Below, piece by piece: positions 1 through 8,109 of a DNA stretch of 64,000 bases. The position numbers and the translations under genes are program-made. The notes beneath the pieces are model-generated. The model searched no databases. It worked only from the letters and a program-made list of their open reading frames with translations, and was not told where the DNA came from. Every line of letters starts with the position of its first letter. Within the stretch, counting starts at the first letter, position 1. Origin of the DNA: Caldisericia bacterium (GTDB lineage Bacteria; Caldisericota; Caldisericia; UBA6126); NCBI GenBank assembly GCA_035363255.1, contig DAOSES010000007.1:2723-66722 (forward strand), in the 5' to 3' direction.

Positions 1-50
1 TTAACTCTTCAATGAAATAATAATTGCTTAGTTCCCCTCCCCTTTTTTGC

Positions 51-80
51 TTGACAAGCTTAGTTTTTTATTGATAACAT
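51..80 (+). promoter_or_regulatory. sigma70-like promoter, copy A of a duplicated promoter module
   Basis: TTGACA at 51-56, 18-nt spacer, TAACAT at 75-80, then AGTCATAC at 83-90. The same pyrimidine-rich lead-in, CTTGACAAGCT core and AGTCATAC recur at 1245-1311. Confidence 0.4.
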
Positions 81-137
81 TAAGTCATACACCTGTAGGA
101 GGAAGAGTTTGCATCGTTTTCAGCGGGGAAGTGAAGC

Positions 138-599
138 TTGAATTTTGTTGATTTTTCGATTATTCTGATTTGTCTTTCAGCTTCATTGGATTTGATGTTG
201 AACTGGAAGAAGTATTCCAAAGAGTTGTGGATGGGTAGCAAGTTTGAAAAACATTATATTTACCTGACGCTGATAGTTTTCTACCTTCTTGTGACTCTTT
301 ATTGGAGTTTTTTTAATAAGCAATTCACAGCACATGCAGGAGTAATTTTGATCTCCCTTGGATTATTTAACATGGAATTCGGAATGACCTCTACTCCTCC
401 CTCAAACCTTCATCGCATACAACTTCCTTCACTAAACCTGTGGTATGGTCTCCTTTTAGCTCTAACGGTATTATGGTTTTGGTTTTTTACGAATACCATG
501 TACACTAATTTGCTTTTTTTGATCCATATAGTTTCGCGGGGGATGCTTTGGACATGGAAAATTCATACCAAATCTATCAGAAACGATATTAAACTATGA
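138..599 (+). CDS. small multi-pass membrane protein, immunity-like paralogue 1
   Basis: 153-aa ORF with a TTG start and about four hydrophobic helices. C-terminal motif SRGMLWTWKI resembles ARIMLWIWRI in the next ORF and IRIFYWIGI in 5559-6116. ATGA stop/start overlap with the next ORF. Confidence 0.5.
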   Translation: MNFVDFSIILICLSASLDLMLNWKKYSKELWMGSKFEKHYIYLTLIVFYLLVTLYWSFFNKQFTAHAGVILISLGLFNMEFGMTSTPPSNLHRIQLPSLNLWYGLLLALTVLWFWFFTNTMYTNLLFLIHIVSRGMLWTWKIHTKSIRNDIKL

Positions 600-1138
600 T
601 ACTCTCGATTGCAAATCTTCTCATAATGAGCTCATCAGGAGCTCTTATCCTATATCCCCATATTCAGGCTACTCGAAAAGTCAGAGATCATGAATTTTTC
701 ATGTTTCATTGCTTTCTGCCTTTGCTTTTAATGATTGTTGTTTTGATTCTTTATGTTTTGGAAATTGGTAAATATCCCCTCAATTTCGTGAATATTGGTA
801 CCTTGAGTTTGGTATTTTATTCTATTGAACTCATGCTCTCTGATATGCAGTTTCTTCAAAACTCCCCCTTATCACGGCTTCTATCTAAAAAAATGGCTTT
901 TCCCTTATTTCAAAATCAAAACTTGCTTGACGCTGGCAATGAAAAGAAATATCAATACCTTCGAACGATAGAAGGATTTTGTTTTGTGCTTGCTATTTTT
1001 TGGTGGGCCCTTTCAGCCTTTATAGGTGGCTGGTGCTTTCCAATGTTTCCACTCTTACTTATTAACGGAGCACGAATTATGCTCTGGATATGGCGGATAA
1101 GAATTTTAAAAACCATTCATTCGGTGAACAGGATTTAA
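596..1138 (+). CDS. small multi-pass membrane protein, immunity-like paralogue 2
   Basis: 180-aa ORF with several hydrophobic helices, translationally coupled (ATGA) to 138-599. Shares the C-terminal R-I/G-M-L-W-x-W-K/R-I helix motif. Confidence 0.55.
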   Translation: MILSIANLLIMSSSGALILYPHIQATRKVRDHEFFMFHCFLPLLLMIVVLILYVLEIGKYPLNFVNIGTLSLVFYSIELMLSDMQFLQNSPLSRLLSKKMAFPLFQNQNLLDAGNEKKYQYLRTIEGFCFVLAIFWWALSAFIGGWCFPMFPLLLINGARIMLWIWRIRILKTIHSVNRI

Positions 1139-1271
1139 CAGATTAATCAATAAAACACAAATTAAACCTACAGGGCTTTTTCCAAGAAGATTAACTCACT
1201 ACCAAAGCTTTTGAGATGCTGGTGTTTGCCCAAAAGTAAGAAAAATACCTCCCCACTCTCCCTTTTTTTAC

Positions 1272-1301
1272 TTGACAAGCTAGTTATCATACTGCTAATA
1301 T
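1272..1301 (+). promoter_or_regulatory. sigma70-like promoter, copy B of the duplicated module, upstream of the RHS gene
   Basis: TTGACA at 1272-1277, 18-nt spacer, TAATAT at 1296-1301, AGTCATAC at 1304-1311 with the same spacing as copy A. Confidence 0.45.
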
Positions 1302-1360
1302 ATAGTCATACGTAAATTGGTTTCATGGAGTGGCAATGAATAAGTGCAGCAAACTTATGA

Positions 1361-4300
1361 ATGGCGTGCTTTCCAGTTCTTTTCCTTTGGGTGCTATGGG
1401 GATTCCCCCTTATCTATATTTGTGCTCGAAAGGAGAATTTGTATGGTTTTGAAGCGTTCTTTTGTTCCGTCAAGAGAGAGAGAGAGAGAGCAATAGCTAA
1501 ATCGGCTTTTTCTTCTTGTCTTGCCAGTTTTCTGATCCTGGTGATGGTGTTTCTGATAGGCATTCCTGCCTCCTTTGCTCAAATGCTGGCTTCTCCCAGC
1601 TATCGCAGTAGTCGTTTTTATCCCCCGACCCTGCTGGATGAAGGAGACCCTTTAGCGGGGATGCACGGCAATGCAGGAAGCATGGCCTTTATGCCCGCTT
1701 CCCAGTGGAGTTCCCTGGCAGTGAATATGACCACCGGCAACAGCATGATGCTGGTTCAAGTCGTGAATTTGCCTGGCACTCCTCTGCCTTTGAGCTTGTC
1801 TCTGATTTACAATCATCGCAACAGCGAAGTAAATGTAGGACTGGGAGAAGGCTGGATGAGCTCGCTTCATACTGCTGTAGCAATCGATAATCAAACCCAG
1901 GATCTGCTGTGGCTGAGCCCTACGGGGGAGCAAGCGCTCTTTGAATGGGACAGCTTAAACTCCAGCTATCTCAATCCCTATGGTTTTGCTGGAAAAGCAG
2001 AAGTGCTGGGAACCGGGGATATAGCTATCACTCCTCTGGGGCAGGGTAGCATCCTCTATGCTTCGGATGGCAAACTTCAGCGCATCGAAGACAAAACCAG
2101 CAGCGGAGCCTTGGAAGTTACTTACGACAATGGGCGTCCTGTGGCTCTGGAAGATAGCCTCAGTGGTCGAAGCATTACTTTAGAATGGAATCTCTCGGGG
2201 CAACTCGTGGAGATTGAAGATCCTGCAGGATATGTATGGGAGATGTCTTATGATCAATTGGGAGAAAAACTCCTTTCCATTACTCCTCCCTCCAGTGAAG
2301 CTACTCCCCCTTCCTTCTCCTTTGGCTATGATGCCACTAGCGGTTTTCTAAACAGCCACGACGATTTGATGGGAAATACTTACGAGCTTTCCTATTACAG
2401 CAGTGGAAGCTTTACAGACTGGATGGAAAGCTGGACGGATCCTGCCAATGTCAGCAGTTCTTTTTCTTATGACACTTCCGTGCAGGGTTTCAGCATGGTC
2501 ACCACCTTTACGGATGGAGAAAATCAAGACCTTGTGTTTGGTTTTAACTCCGAAGGCTATTTGCTGAAGCAATGGCAGGAGGTAGGCCTGGAGCTGAGTT
2601 CCCAGCAATTGGGCTATAGCACGGAAGGTTGGCTCACGAGCGTGAAAGATGCCTACCAGAAAGAAACGACCCTGAGTTATGACAGTGTTGGGCATCTCAC
2701 CAGTATCCTGGGACCTGTTCCTTACCAGGGAGGAACTCCTTATCAAAAAGATTGGACCTACACCCCCAGCAACAGCCTGAATGGCTTGTTGACTGAGGAA
2801 AGCGAACGAGTTACTGCTGCGGTGTGGGTGGATACCACGCTTGCCTACAACGATCAAAATCACCCCATGTCCCCCACCCATATTACCAATGGCTTAAGTC
2901 AAACCACTGTCATAGCCTATCAAAGCGAGGGCTTTGTCTCCAGCGTCACTGTTCCTACCACCGGGGGCACAAAAAGTGCCAGCTACAGCTATAGTGCCCT
3001 GACTAAAGCCTTGAGCGGAAGTATCGATTTTGGAGGCAACGAAACCCTGTACAGCTACAAAAGCTCAGGTCTGCCCGATCAAATCTCTTCCTACGAAGGT
3101 TTAACTCTTCAGGGAAGATTGGTAAGTCAAGTGACCCATAGCTACAACATGCTTCATGCCCTGACCAGCACTTACAACAGCGTGGATCAGACCACCAGCA
3201 GCCAAAGCTACAATGCCAATGGCGCTCCGCTTAGCTCGGTCAGTGCGGGAGGATGTTCTTCCAGTCAGAGCTATGATCCTTCCACGAATCCAGCCTTGAT
3301 TCATTTTGGATCCCCGGGCTATCAAGCGTTGGCAGCGAGTAGCACCAATAGTCAAAGCCAGACTACTAGCTATGCCTATGATGCTTCGGGAAAGCTGAGT
3401 GAAGTCAGTGATTATCTGAATCGAGATACCGTCATGACTTATGATGGCTTTGGTCGTTTGGAAAGCCAGACCAATCCTTTTGGAAAGACTACTTCTTTCA
3501 GCTACAATCTCAACCATCAGTTGGTCGAACGAGAAGATGAAGGACAGGGCGTCACCAGCTTCACTTACGATGATGCGGGACGAATGACGGAAATGGATCA
3601 TCCCGTACAGGGCATCGTGGAATACAGCTACAATGTCCGAGGAGATCTGCTCTCCGATGAGCTGGGAAATTATACCTATGATCTCCTGGGGCGAGTCACT
3701 TCCCATCCCACCGAAGGAAGTATCAGTTATACCCCTGACGGTTTGATTCAAAGCCATAACAGTAACGATTATACCTACAATGCTGCAGGTAACATGACTT
3801 CCTGGGAAGGAAGCGCTGGAACGGTGAGTCTGGGCTATAGTGGTCAACAAGGCTATACTTCCCTGGGTCTTCCTTCCACGGCTTCGGGCAGTGGAGGCTA
3901 CTTAAGCTCGTATGCCTTCAGCTACAATAATCGCTTCTGGCTGAGTCAACTGCAAGTCAGCTCCAAAGGCAATCAAAGCTTCAGCTATGCCTGGAGCAGT
4001 GCGGGAGAATTGCAAAGCATCACCAATCCCAACAATACCACCCTGAGCCAGCAATGGAGCAACAAAAAAGTCAGTAGTTTGACGGTAAAGAATTCGATCA
4101 CTCAAGTGCAATGGTTGGGATCCACTCCCAGCTATAACGGCAATCAACAACTCGAAAGCTATGATACCGTGGTGTATGCAGGGCAAAATCCTCCCCTGAG
4201 TGAGAGCTTTGATTTGACCTATGATGCTTTGAATCGAGTCAGTACGGTCACTCGTGACAGTGACAATCAGGTCGTAACTTATAGCTACGATGCTTCCACG

Positions 4301-5554
4301 GGAAGACCCAGCAGTGTAAATCTTTCCGATGAGGGTACTTTTAGTTTCAGCTACCTGAGCAATGGAAAACTGGAGAGCGTGACCTATCCCGGGCAACAGG
4401 GTACCGAAGATTACAGCTATGACAGCGAGGGAAGACTGCAAAGCATTGAGTTGCCCGATAGCAGTGTCTTGAGTTTTTCACGTAATAGTCGCAAGGATTT
4501 GGCAAGTGCTCAATTTACCGATACTCAGAATACCGTGTATCGCTATGATTTTACCTATGACGATCAAGCCAACTTGATTTCTTCACTTTACAGTATCGAT
4601 GGCTTGCAGATGGAAAGCTGGAGCTATTACTGGGGGCCCCAGGGCTTGGAATATGCCAGTCGCAGTGGAGGCCAGGCCATCACTCAAAATTTCAGCACCG
4701 ACCCCAGTGGAAGAATCCTCTCCATGACCTATGGCAGTGCCAGCTATTCGGGAGAGCTTTATTACCATTATGATGCCCTGGGCAACACTACCCTTCTGAC
4801 CGATGCCGGGGGCAATCCCAAAGCCTCCTTTATCTACGATCTGCATACGGGGAAAATGATGGATAGCTGGAATCCCGACAATTTGGTGGTGATTAACCTG
4901 GAGCAGGGTATTTCAGGTAATCTGGGGTATGAATTACCTGAGGGGATAAAGGTATTAGTGCCACCTTGGAAATACAGACTGCTAACCCCCTTTGAGCTGT
5001 ATCTGTTCTTTCAAAACATACGCTATCCGGACGAAGAAGGCATGCTTATGCCGAGAGATCCAACCAGTCCTGCTTTCTTTGATGAAAGCGAGATCTCAAT
5101 TAGTGGTGGCATGCTACTTTCCTGGTGGAATATGTGGTTGGTGGCAGATGGTGTGAGTCATCAGAACACCAATAAGCCTTCTGAATTCGAGTTTTACGAT
5201 CCGAATAGGGTTTATATGGATAAAAAAAACGATCCATGGAGAGATTATAGAGTTGAACAGTATAAAAAAGCTCATGCAGCGTGTTTAAATCAATATGCAA
5301 CCTGTCTATCCTCTTGTACAAAACTCGGAAAATCAATTTTGGGAGGAATTAAGGATTTGTTGGCTGAAATTGTAGTTATTGGCACAGGGCTAGAAATACT
5401 TTCAAGAACTGCACTAGCTGCTCTATCAAAAGCTGCTATGTGGCTTGCGATTGCGATATATGCGATTAGTTTTTTCTGTGCTTTAGCTTGTCAAAGCGAT
5501 TTTACTGATTGTGCTTGGGAAGCTTGGGATAGGTGGAATCCTCTTGGACGATAA
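1361..5554 (+). CDS. RHS/YD-repeat polymorphic toxin, WapA-like secreted protein with a variable C-terminal tip
   Basis: 1397-aa ORF. Signal-like segment SAFSSCLASFLILVMVFLIGIPASFAQ. Many YD-repeat units (TYDGFGRLESQTNPFGKTTSFSYN, FTYDDAGRMTEMDHP, SYDSEGRLQSIELPD, YHYDALGNTTLLTDAGGN). The start is uncertain: ATG 1361 has no SD, and the SD-linked ATG 1443 is out of frame because of (AG)9. Confidence 0.9.
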   Translation: MACFPVLFLWVLWGFPLIYICARKENLYGFEAFFCSVKRERERAIAKSAFSSCLASFLILVMVFLIGIPASFAQMLASPSYRSSRFYPPTLLDEGDPLAGMHGNAGSMAFMPASQWSSLAVNMTTGNSMMLVQVVNLPGTPLPLSLSLIYNHRNSEVNVGLGEGWMSSLHTAVAIDNQTQDLLWLSPTGEQALFEWDSLNSSYLNPYGFAGKAEVLGTGDIAITPLGQGSILYASDGKLQRIEDKTSSGALEVTYDNGRPVALEDSLSGRSITLEWNLSGQLVEIEDPAGYVWEMSYDQLGEKLLSITPPSSEATPPSFSFGYDATSGFLNSHDDLMGNTYELSYYSSGSFTDWMESWTDPANVSSSFSYDTSVQGFSMVTTFTDGENQDLVFGFNSEGYLLKQWQEVGLELSSQQLGYSTEGWLTSVKDAYQKETTLSYDSVGHLTSILGPVPYQGGTPYQKDWTYTPSNSLNGLLTEESERVTAAVWVDTTLAYNDQNHPMSPTHITNGLSQTTVIAYQSEGFVSSVTVPTTGGTKSASYSYSALTKALSGSIDFGGNETLYSYKSSGLPDQISSYEGLTLQGRLVSQVTHSYNMLHALTSTYNSVDQTTSSQSYNANGAPLSSVSAGGCSSSQSYDPSTNPALIHFGSPGYQALAASSTNSQSQTTSYAYDASGKLSEVSDYLNRDTVMTYDGFGRLESQTNPFGKTTSFSYNLNHQLVEREDEGQGVTSFTYDDAGRMTEMDHPVQGIVEYSYNVRGDLLSDELGNYTYDLLGRVTSHPTEGSISYTPDGLIQSHNSNDYTYNAAGNMTSWEGSAGTVSLGYSGQQGYTSLGLPSTASGSGGYLSSYAFSYNNRFWLSQLQVSSKGNQSFSYAWSSAGELQSITNPNNTTLSQQWSNKKVSSLTVKNSITQVQWLGSTPSYNGNQQLESYDTVVYAGQNPPLSESFDLTYDALNRVSTVTRDSDNQVVTYSYDASTGRPSSVNLSDEGTFSFSYLSNGKLESVTYPGQQGTEDYSYDSEGRLQSIELPDSSVLSFSRNSRKDLASAQFTDTQNTVYRYDFTYDDQANLISSLYSIDGLQMESWSYYWGPQGLEYASRSGGQAITQNFSTDPSGRILSMTYGSASYSGELYYHYDALGNTTLLTDAGGNPKASFIYDLHTGKMMDSWNPDNLVVINLEQGISGNLGYELPEGIKVLVPPWKYRLLTPFELYLFFQNIRYPDEEGMLMPRDPTSPAFFDESEISISGGMLLSWWNMWLVADGVSHQNTNKPSEFEFYDPNRVYMDKKNDPWRDYRVEQYKKAHAACLNQYATCLSSCTKLGKSILGGIKDLLAEIVVIGTGLEILSRTALAALSKAAMWLAIAIYAISFFCALACQSDFTDCAWEAWDRWNPLGR
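1473..1490 (+). repeat. (AG)9 dinucleotide microsatellite in the 5' end of the RHS ORF
   Basis: Read directly: AGAGAGAGAGAGAGAGAG at 1473-1490, encoding RERER in the RHS frame. Confidence 0.95.
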
Positions 5555-5558
5555 TTTC

Positions 5559-6116
5559 ATGATTATTTCTATATATGTTTTTTGTATTCTATTTCTTTTT
5601 GTTTCGGCTTTTCTTTCTTTGCATATATTTAAACTACATGCTATCCAAAACTTATTTCAACAGCCTTCAAATCTCATACCTCTTAACAAAAAGAACTTTT
5701 CTGAAATCTTCCTATTGCTAATATTTTTGTTTTTCATTTGGCTGGGTGATGTTTTAACAAGTATTTTTTCTAATTCTTTCATACTCGGTGATAATTTTTT
5801 CTTACCTACTTTAATAATTTTATTACTACTCCATTTTGGATTTAACTATTGCGAAAAGAGTGCTTACTTAATCACTATTCAAAAGCAGGATTTCGAGGAT
5901 TCTCGCTACAATAAGGGTTTTACCATCGACCATGCCAATTATATAGTTTTGATTTTTTGTGCTCTTATCAATCGTTTTTTACCACACCCATGGAAATCAT
6001 GCTTCCTGCTACTCGGGATCCTCTATCACTGCGGTATTCGCATTTTCTATTGGATAGGCATAATGCGAACAATGAAGCAAACTCAAAATCATTCCTGTCA
6101 CACAGACAAATACTGA
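5559..6116 (+). CDS. multi-pass membrane protein, putative cognate immunity protein of the RHS tip
   Basis: ATG at 5559 lies 5 nt after the RHS stop (MIISIYVFCILF...). About 185 aa, AT-rich, several hydrophobic helices. The C-terminal helix motif is shared with ORFs 138-599 and 596-1138. Confidence 0.55.
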   Translation: MIISIYVFCILFLFVSAFLSLHIFKLHAIQNLFQQPSNLIPLNKKNFSEIFLLLIFLFFIWLGDVLTSIFSNSFILGDNFFLPTLIILLLLHFGFNYCEKSAYLITIQKQDFEDSRYNKGFTIDHANYIVLIFCALINRFLPHPWKSCFLLLGILYHCGIRIFYWIGIMRTMKQTQNHSCHTDKY

Positions 6117-6152
6117 GAACCCCAACCCCCAACTTGCTGATCAATCCCCCAG

Positions 6153-6190
6153 ACACCAGGGAGCTTTCACCCTCCCTGGTGTTTGGGTTT
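6153..6190 (+). terminator. hairpin terminator candidate after the RHS-immunity unit
   Basis: ACACCAGGGAG (6153-6163), 8-nt loop, CTCCCTGGTGT (6172-6182), followed by the imperfect T-rich run TTGGGTTTG. Confidence 0.45.
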
Positions 6191-6217
6191 GCGAAGTTTG
6201 ATTTTTCTTTGTATACT
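6189..6217 (+). promoter_or_regulatory. candidate promoter of the thi transporter operon
   Basis: TTGCGA at 6189-6194, 17-nt spacer, TATACT at 6212-6217, just upstream of the TPP aptamer. Confidence 0.35.
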
Positions 6218-6235
6218 GGTGGTGATTGAAAATTT

Positions 6236-6326
6236 AGTATTGCAGGGGAGCTGCTGACAGCGGCTGAGAGGGAGAGGTCTCCGACCCGTTTACCTGATCT
6301 GGATAATACCAGCGGAGGGAAGTGAA
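6236..6326 (+). promoter_or_regulatory. TPP (THI-box) riboswitch aptamer
   Basis: GGGGAGC...GCTGAGAGGGAGAGGTCTCCGACCCGTTTACCTGATCTGGATAATACCAGCGGAGGGAAG matches the conserved THI element cores (CUGAGA, ACCUGAUCUGGAUAAUxCCAGCG-AGGGAA). It sits upstream of a thiamine-precursor-type ABC transporter. Confidence 0.88.
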
Positions 6327-6358
6327 CCATTTTTTTTGTAATAGGAAAGCGCATCAAA

Positions 6359-7129
6359 TTGCCCGTAGGTCCTACGGTTGTGATCATTTCATTGCTATTG
6401 TTGGAGCTGATGGTATGGATTTTTCAGGTTCCCAAATGGCTTCTGCCTCCGCCATCCCGAGTGATCCATACTCTCTATCTGGACCGAAGCTTGCTCCTGG
6501 GGCATACTTTTACCACTTTGGTCGAAACTCTGAGCGGATATTCTCTGGCTTTGATTTTAGCTGTGTTGATTGCTTTGCTCATGGACGCTTCCAGTTTTAT
6601 ACGCAAAACCTTTTATCCTCTTATGATTGTCAGCCAAACTATTCCTATCATCACTATCGCCCCTCTTTTAGTGCTTTGGCTGGGTTTTGGGATGGGTCCG
6701 AAAATTGCTATTGTGGTCCTGATATGCTTCTTCCCTGTTTGCATGGCTCTTTTACATGGTTTGTCCCAGATGGATGGAGATTTTATGGATCTAATGAAAA
6801 CCATGGGAGCCTCTCGCAGAGATCTTTTCTTCCATTTAAAGCTCCCCTCCATACTCCCTTCTTTCTTTTCCGGGCTCAAGATTTCAGCCACCTACAGCGT
6901 GATGGGAGCAGTGATTGCTGAGTGGTTGGGAGCTAAAGCAGGCTTGGGAGAATACATGCGTCGCACCCTGCATACTTTTTCCATCGAAAGAACTTTTGCT
7001 GCCATTGTGATTGTCATTACCCTCAGCCTGCTCATGGTAGGGCTCATTCACCGCATAGCCTATCATACCATGCCATGGCTGATACACTCAAAAACACGTG
7101 AGGGAAGTTTTAAGGAGGAAGAACTGTGA
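6359..7129 (+). CDS. thiX: ABC transporter permease, NitT/TauT family, ThiX-like
   Basis: 256-aa polytopic protein with the permease EAA-like loop (MKTMGASRRDLFFHLKLPSILP). First gene after the TPP riboswitch. The TTG start at 6359 is uncertain. Confidence 0.75.
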   Translation: MPVGPTVVIISLLLLELMVWIFQVPKWLLPPPSRVIHTLYLDRSLLLGHTFTTLVETLSGYSLALILAVLIALLMDASSFIRKTFYPLMIVSQTIPIITIAPLLVLWLGFGMGPKIAIVVLICFFPVCMALLHGLSQMDGDFMDLMKTMGASRRDLFFHLKLPSILPSFFSGLKISATYSVMGAVIAEWLGAKAGLGEYMRRTLHTFSIERTFAAIVIVITLSLLMVGLIHRIAYHTMPWLIHSKTREGSFKEEEL

Positions 7130-8109
7130 AAGGAAAAATTATTGGCTTTTTGGTGCTTTGTCTTTGTTTTGCTTCTATAAGTTGTACGGGTGGTAAAAAA
7201 CAGCCCCTGGAGAAAATTACCCTTTTATTGGACTGGACCCCTAATACCAACCATACTGGTCTCTATTGCGCCAAAAACCTGGGCTACTTCGAGGAAGAAG
7301 GTTTGGAAGTGGATATTCTCCTGGCTCAGGAAGGAGGGACCTCTGCCCTGGTTTCGAGTGGAAAGGCTCCCTTTGGGGTGAGTTATCAGGAGGAAGTGAC
7401 CTATGCACGCTCAGAAAAGCTCCCGGTGGTAGCTATTGCAGCTATGGTGCAACACAACACTTCTGGCTTTGCAGCTCCAAGTGATCGAGGAGTTAAAACT
7501 CCCGCAGACTTTGAAGGAAAAAGATATGGAGGTTGGGGCTCTCCAGTGGAAACTGCCTTATTGAAAACCCTCGTTGGCAAATATGGAGGAGACTTTTCCA
7601 AGGTGGAAATGCTAAGCTCAGGGGCTGCAAGCTTTGTGGCCGCAGTGGAAAAAAACATGTTTGACTTTGCCTGGATCTACTATGGCTGGGATGGCATCCT
7701 GGCAGAACTTAGAGAAATCCCTTTGACCTTTTTTCTCTTGCAGGACGAAGACCCCCGTCTGGATTTCTATACCCCGGTGATCATCACAAGCGAAAAAACC
7801 ATTTCCGAACGACCAGAGTTTGTAAAAAGCTTTTTAAAAGCCGTCAGCCGTGGATATGATTATGCTATACAAAACCCCGATAAAGCTGCTGAAATCCTGT
7901 TGAAGGAAGTGCCTGAGCTGGATAAAGAGCTCATCTTTGCCAGTCAGCGTTATTTGTCACCCAGATATCAGGACGATGCACCTTACTGGGGATATATGAA
8001 GGAAGCAGTCTGGAACAATTATATGGAATGGTTGATTGAAAACGACTTATTGTCTGAAGCTATTGATATCAAGCAAGCCTATACCATCGAATTCCTGGCA
8101 CATGACTAA
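7126..8109 (+). CDS. thiY: NMT1/THI5-like substrate-binding lipoprotein, ThiY-like
   Basis: Lipoprotein signal (LCFASISCTGG). The NMT1-type N-terminus LLLDWTPNTNHTGLYCAKNLGYFEEEGLEVDIL. 4-nt overlap with the permease gene. Confidence 0.8.
   Translation: MKGKIIGFLVLCLCFASISCTGGKKQPLEKITLLLDWTPNTNHTGLYCAKNLGYFEEEGLEVDILLAQEGGTSALVSSGKAPFGVSYQEEVTYARSEKLPVVAIAAMVQHNTSGFAAPSDRGVKTPADFEGKRYGGWGSPVETALLKTLVGKYGGDFSKVEMLSSGAASFVAAVEKNMFDFAWIYYGWDGILAELREIPLTFFLLQDEDPRLDFYTPVIITSEKTISERPEFVKSFLKAVSRGYDYAIQNPDKAAEILLKEVPELDKELIFASQRYLSPRYQDDAPYWGYMKEAVWNNYMEWLIENDLLSEAIDIKQAYTIEFLAHD

Noticed and set aside
1-30. Possible 3' end of a minus-strand gene at the left edge (reverse complement reads ...AIIISLKS-stop).
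   Set aside because: Fewer than ten codons are visible and no motif is present, so it cannot be supported from this window.
2348-4441. Long antisense ORFs inside the RHS gene (2348-2881, 3101-3850, 3902-4441; 177-249 aa).
   Set aside because: They lie opposite a strongly supported YD-repeat CDS, and their translations are low-complexity with no motifs. Such stop-free antisense frames are typical of the more GC-rich, repetitive RHS core.
5957-6387. ORFs 5957-6229 (+) and 5968-6387 (-) spanning the immunity gene end, the terminator and the riboswitch.
   Set aside because: They cross a hairpin terminator and the TPP aptamer, have no SD, and show no recognisable protein features.
6322-6921. 199-aa ORF in an alternative frame overlapping thiX.
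   Set aside because: The other frame (6359-7129) gives a clean polytopic ABC permease with the EAA-like loop. This frame gives a Ser/Cys/Phe-rich non-protein-like sequence.
8036-8101. Upstream extension of the thiZ ORF (track start at 8036).
   Set aside because: The extension lies entirely inside thiY. ATG 8102 gives the normal ABC ATPase N-terminus and the typical stop/start overlap.
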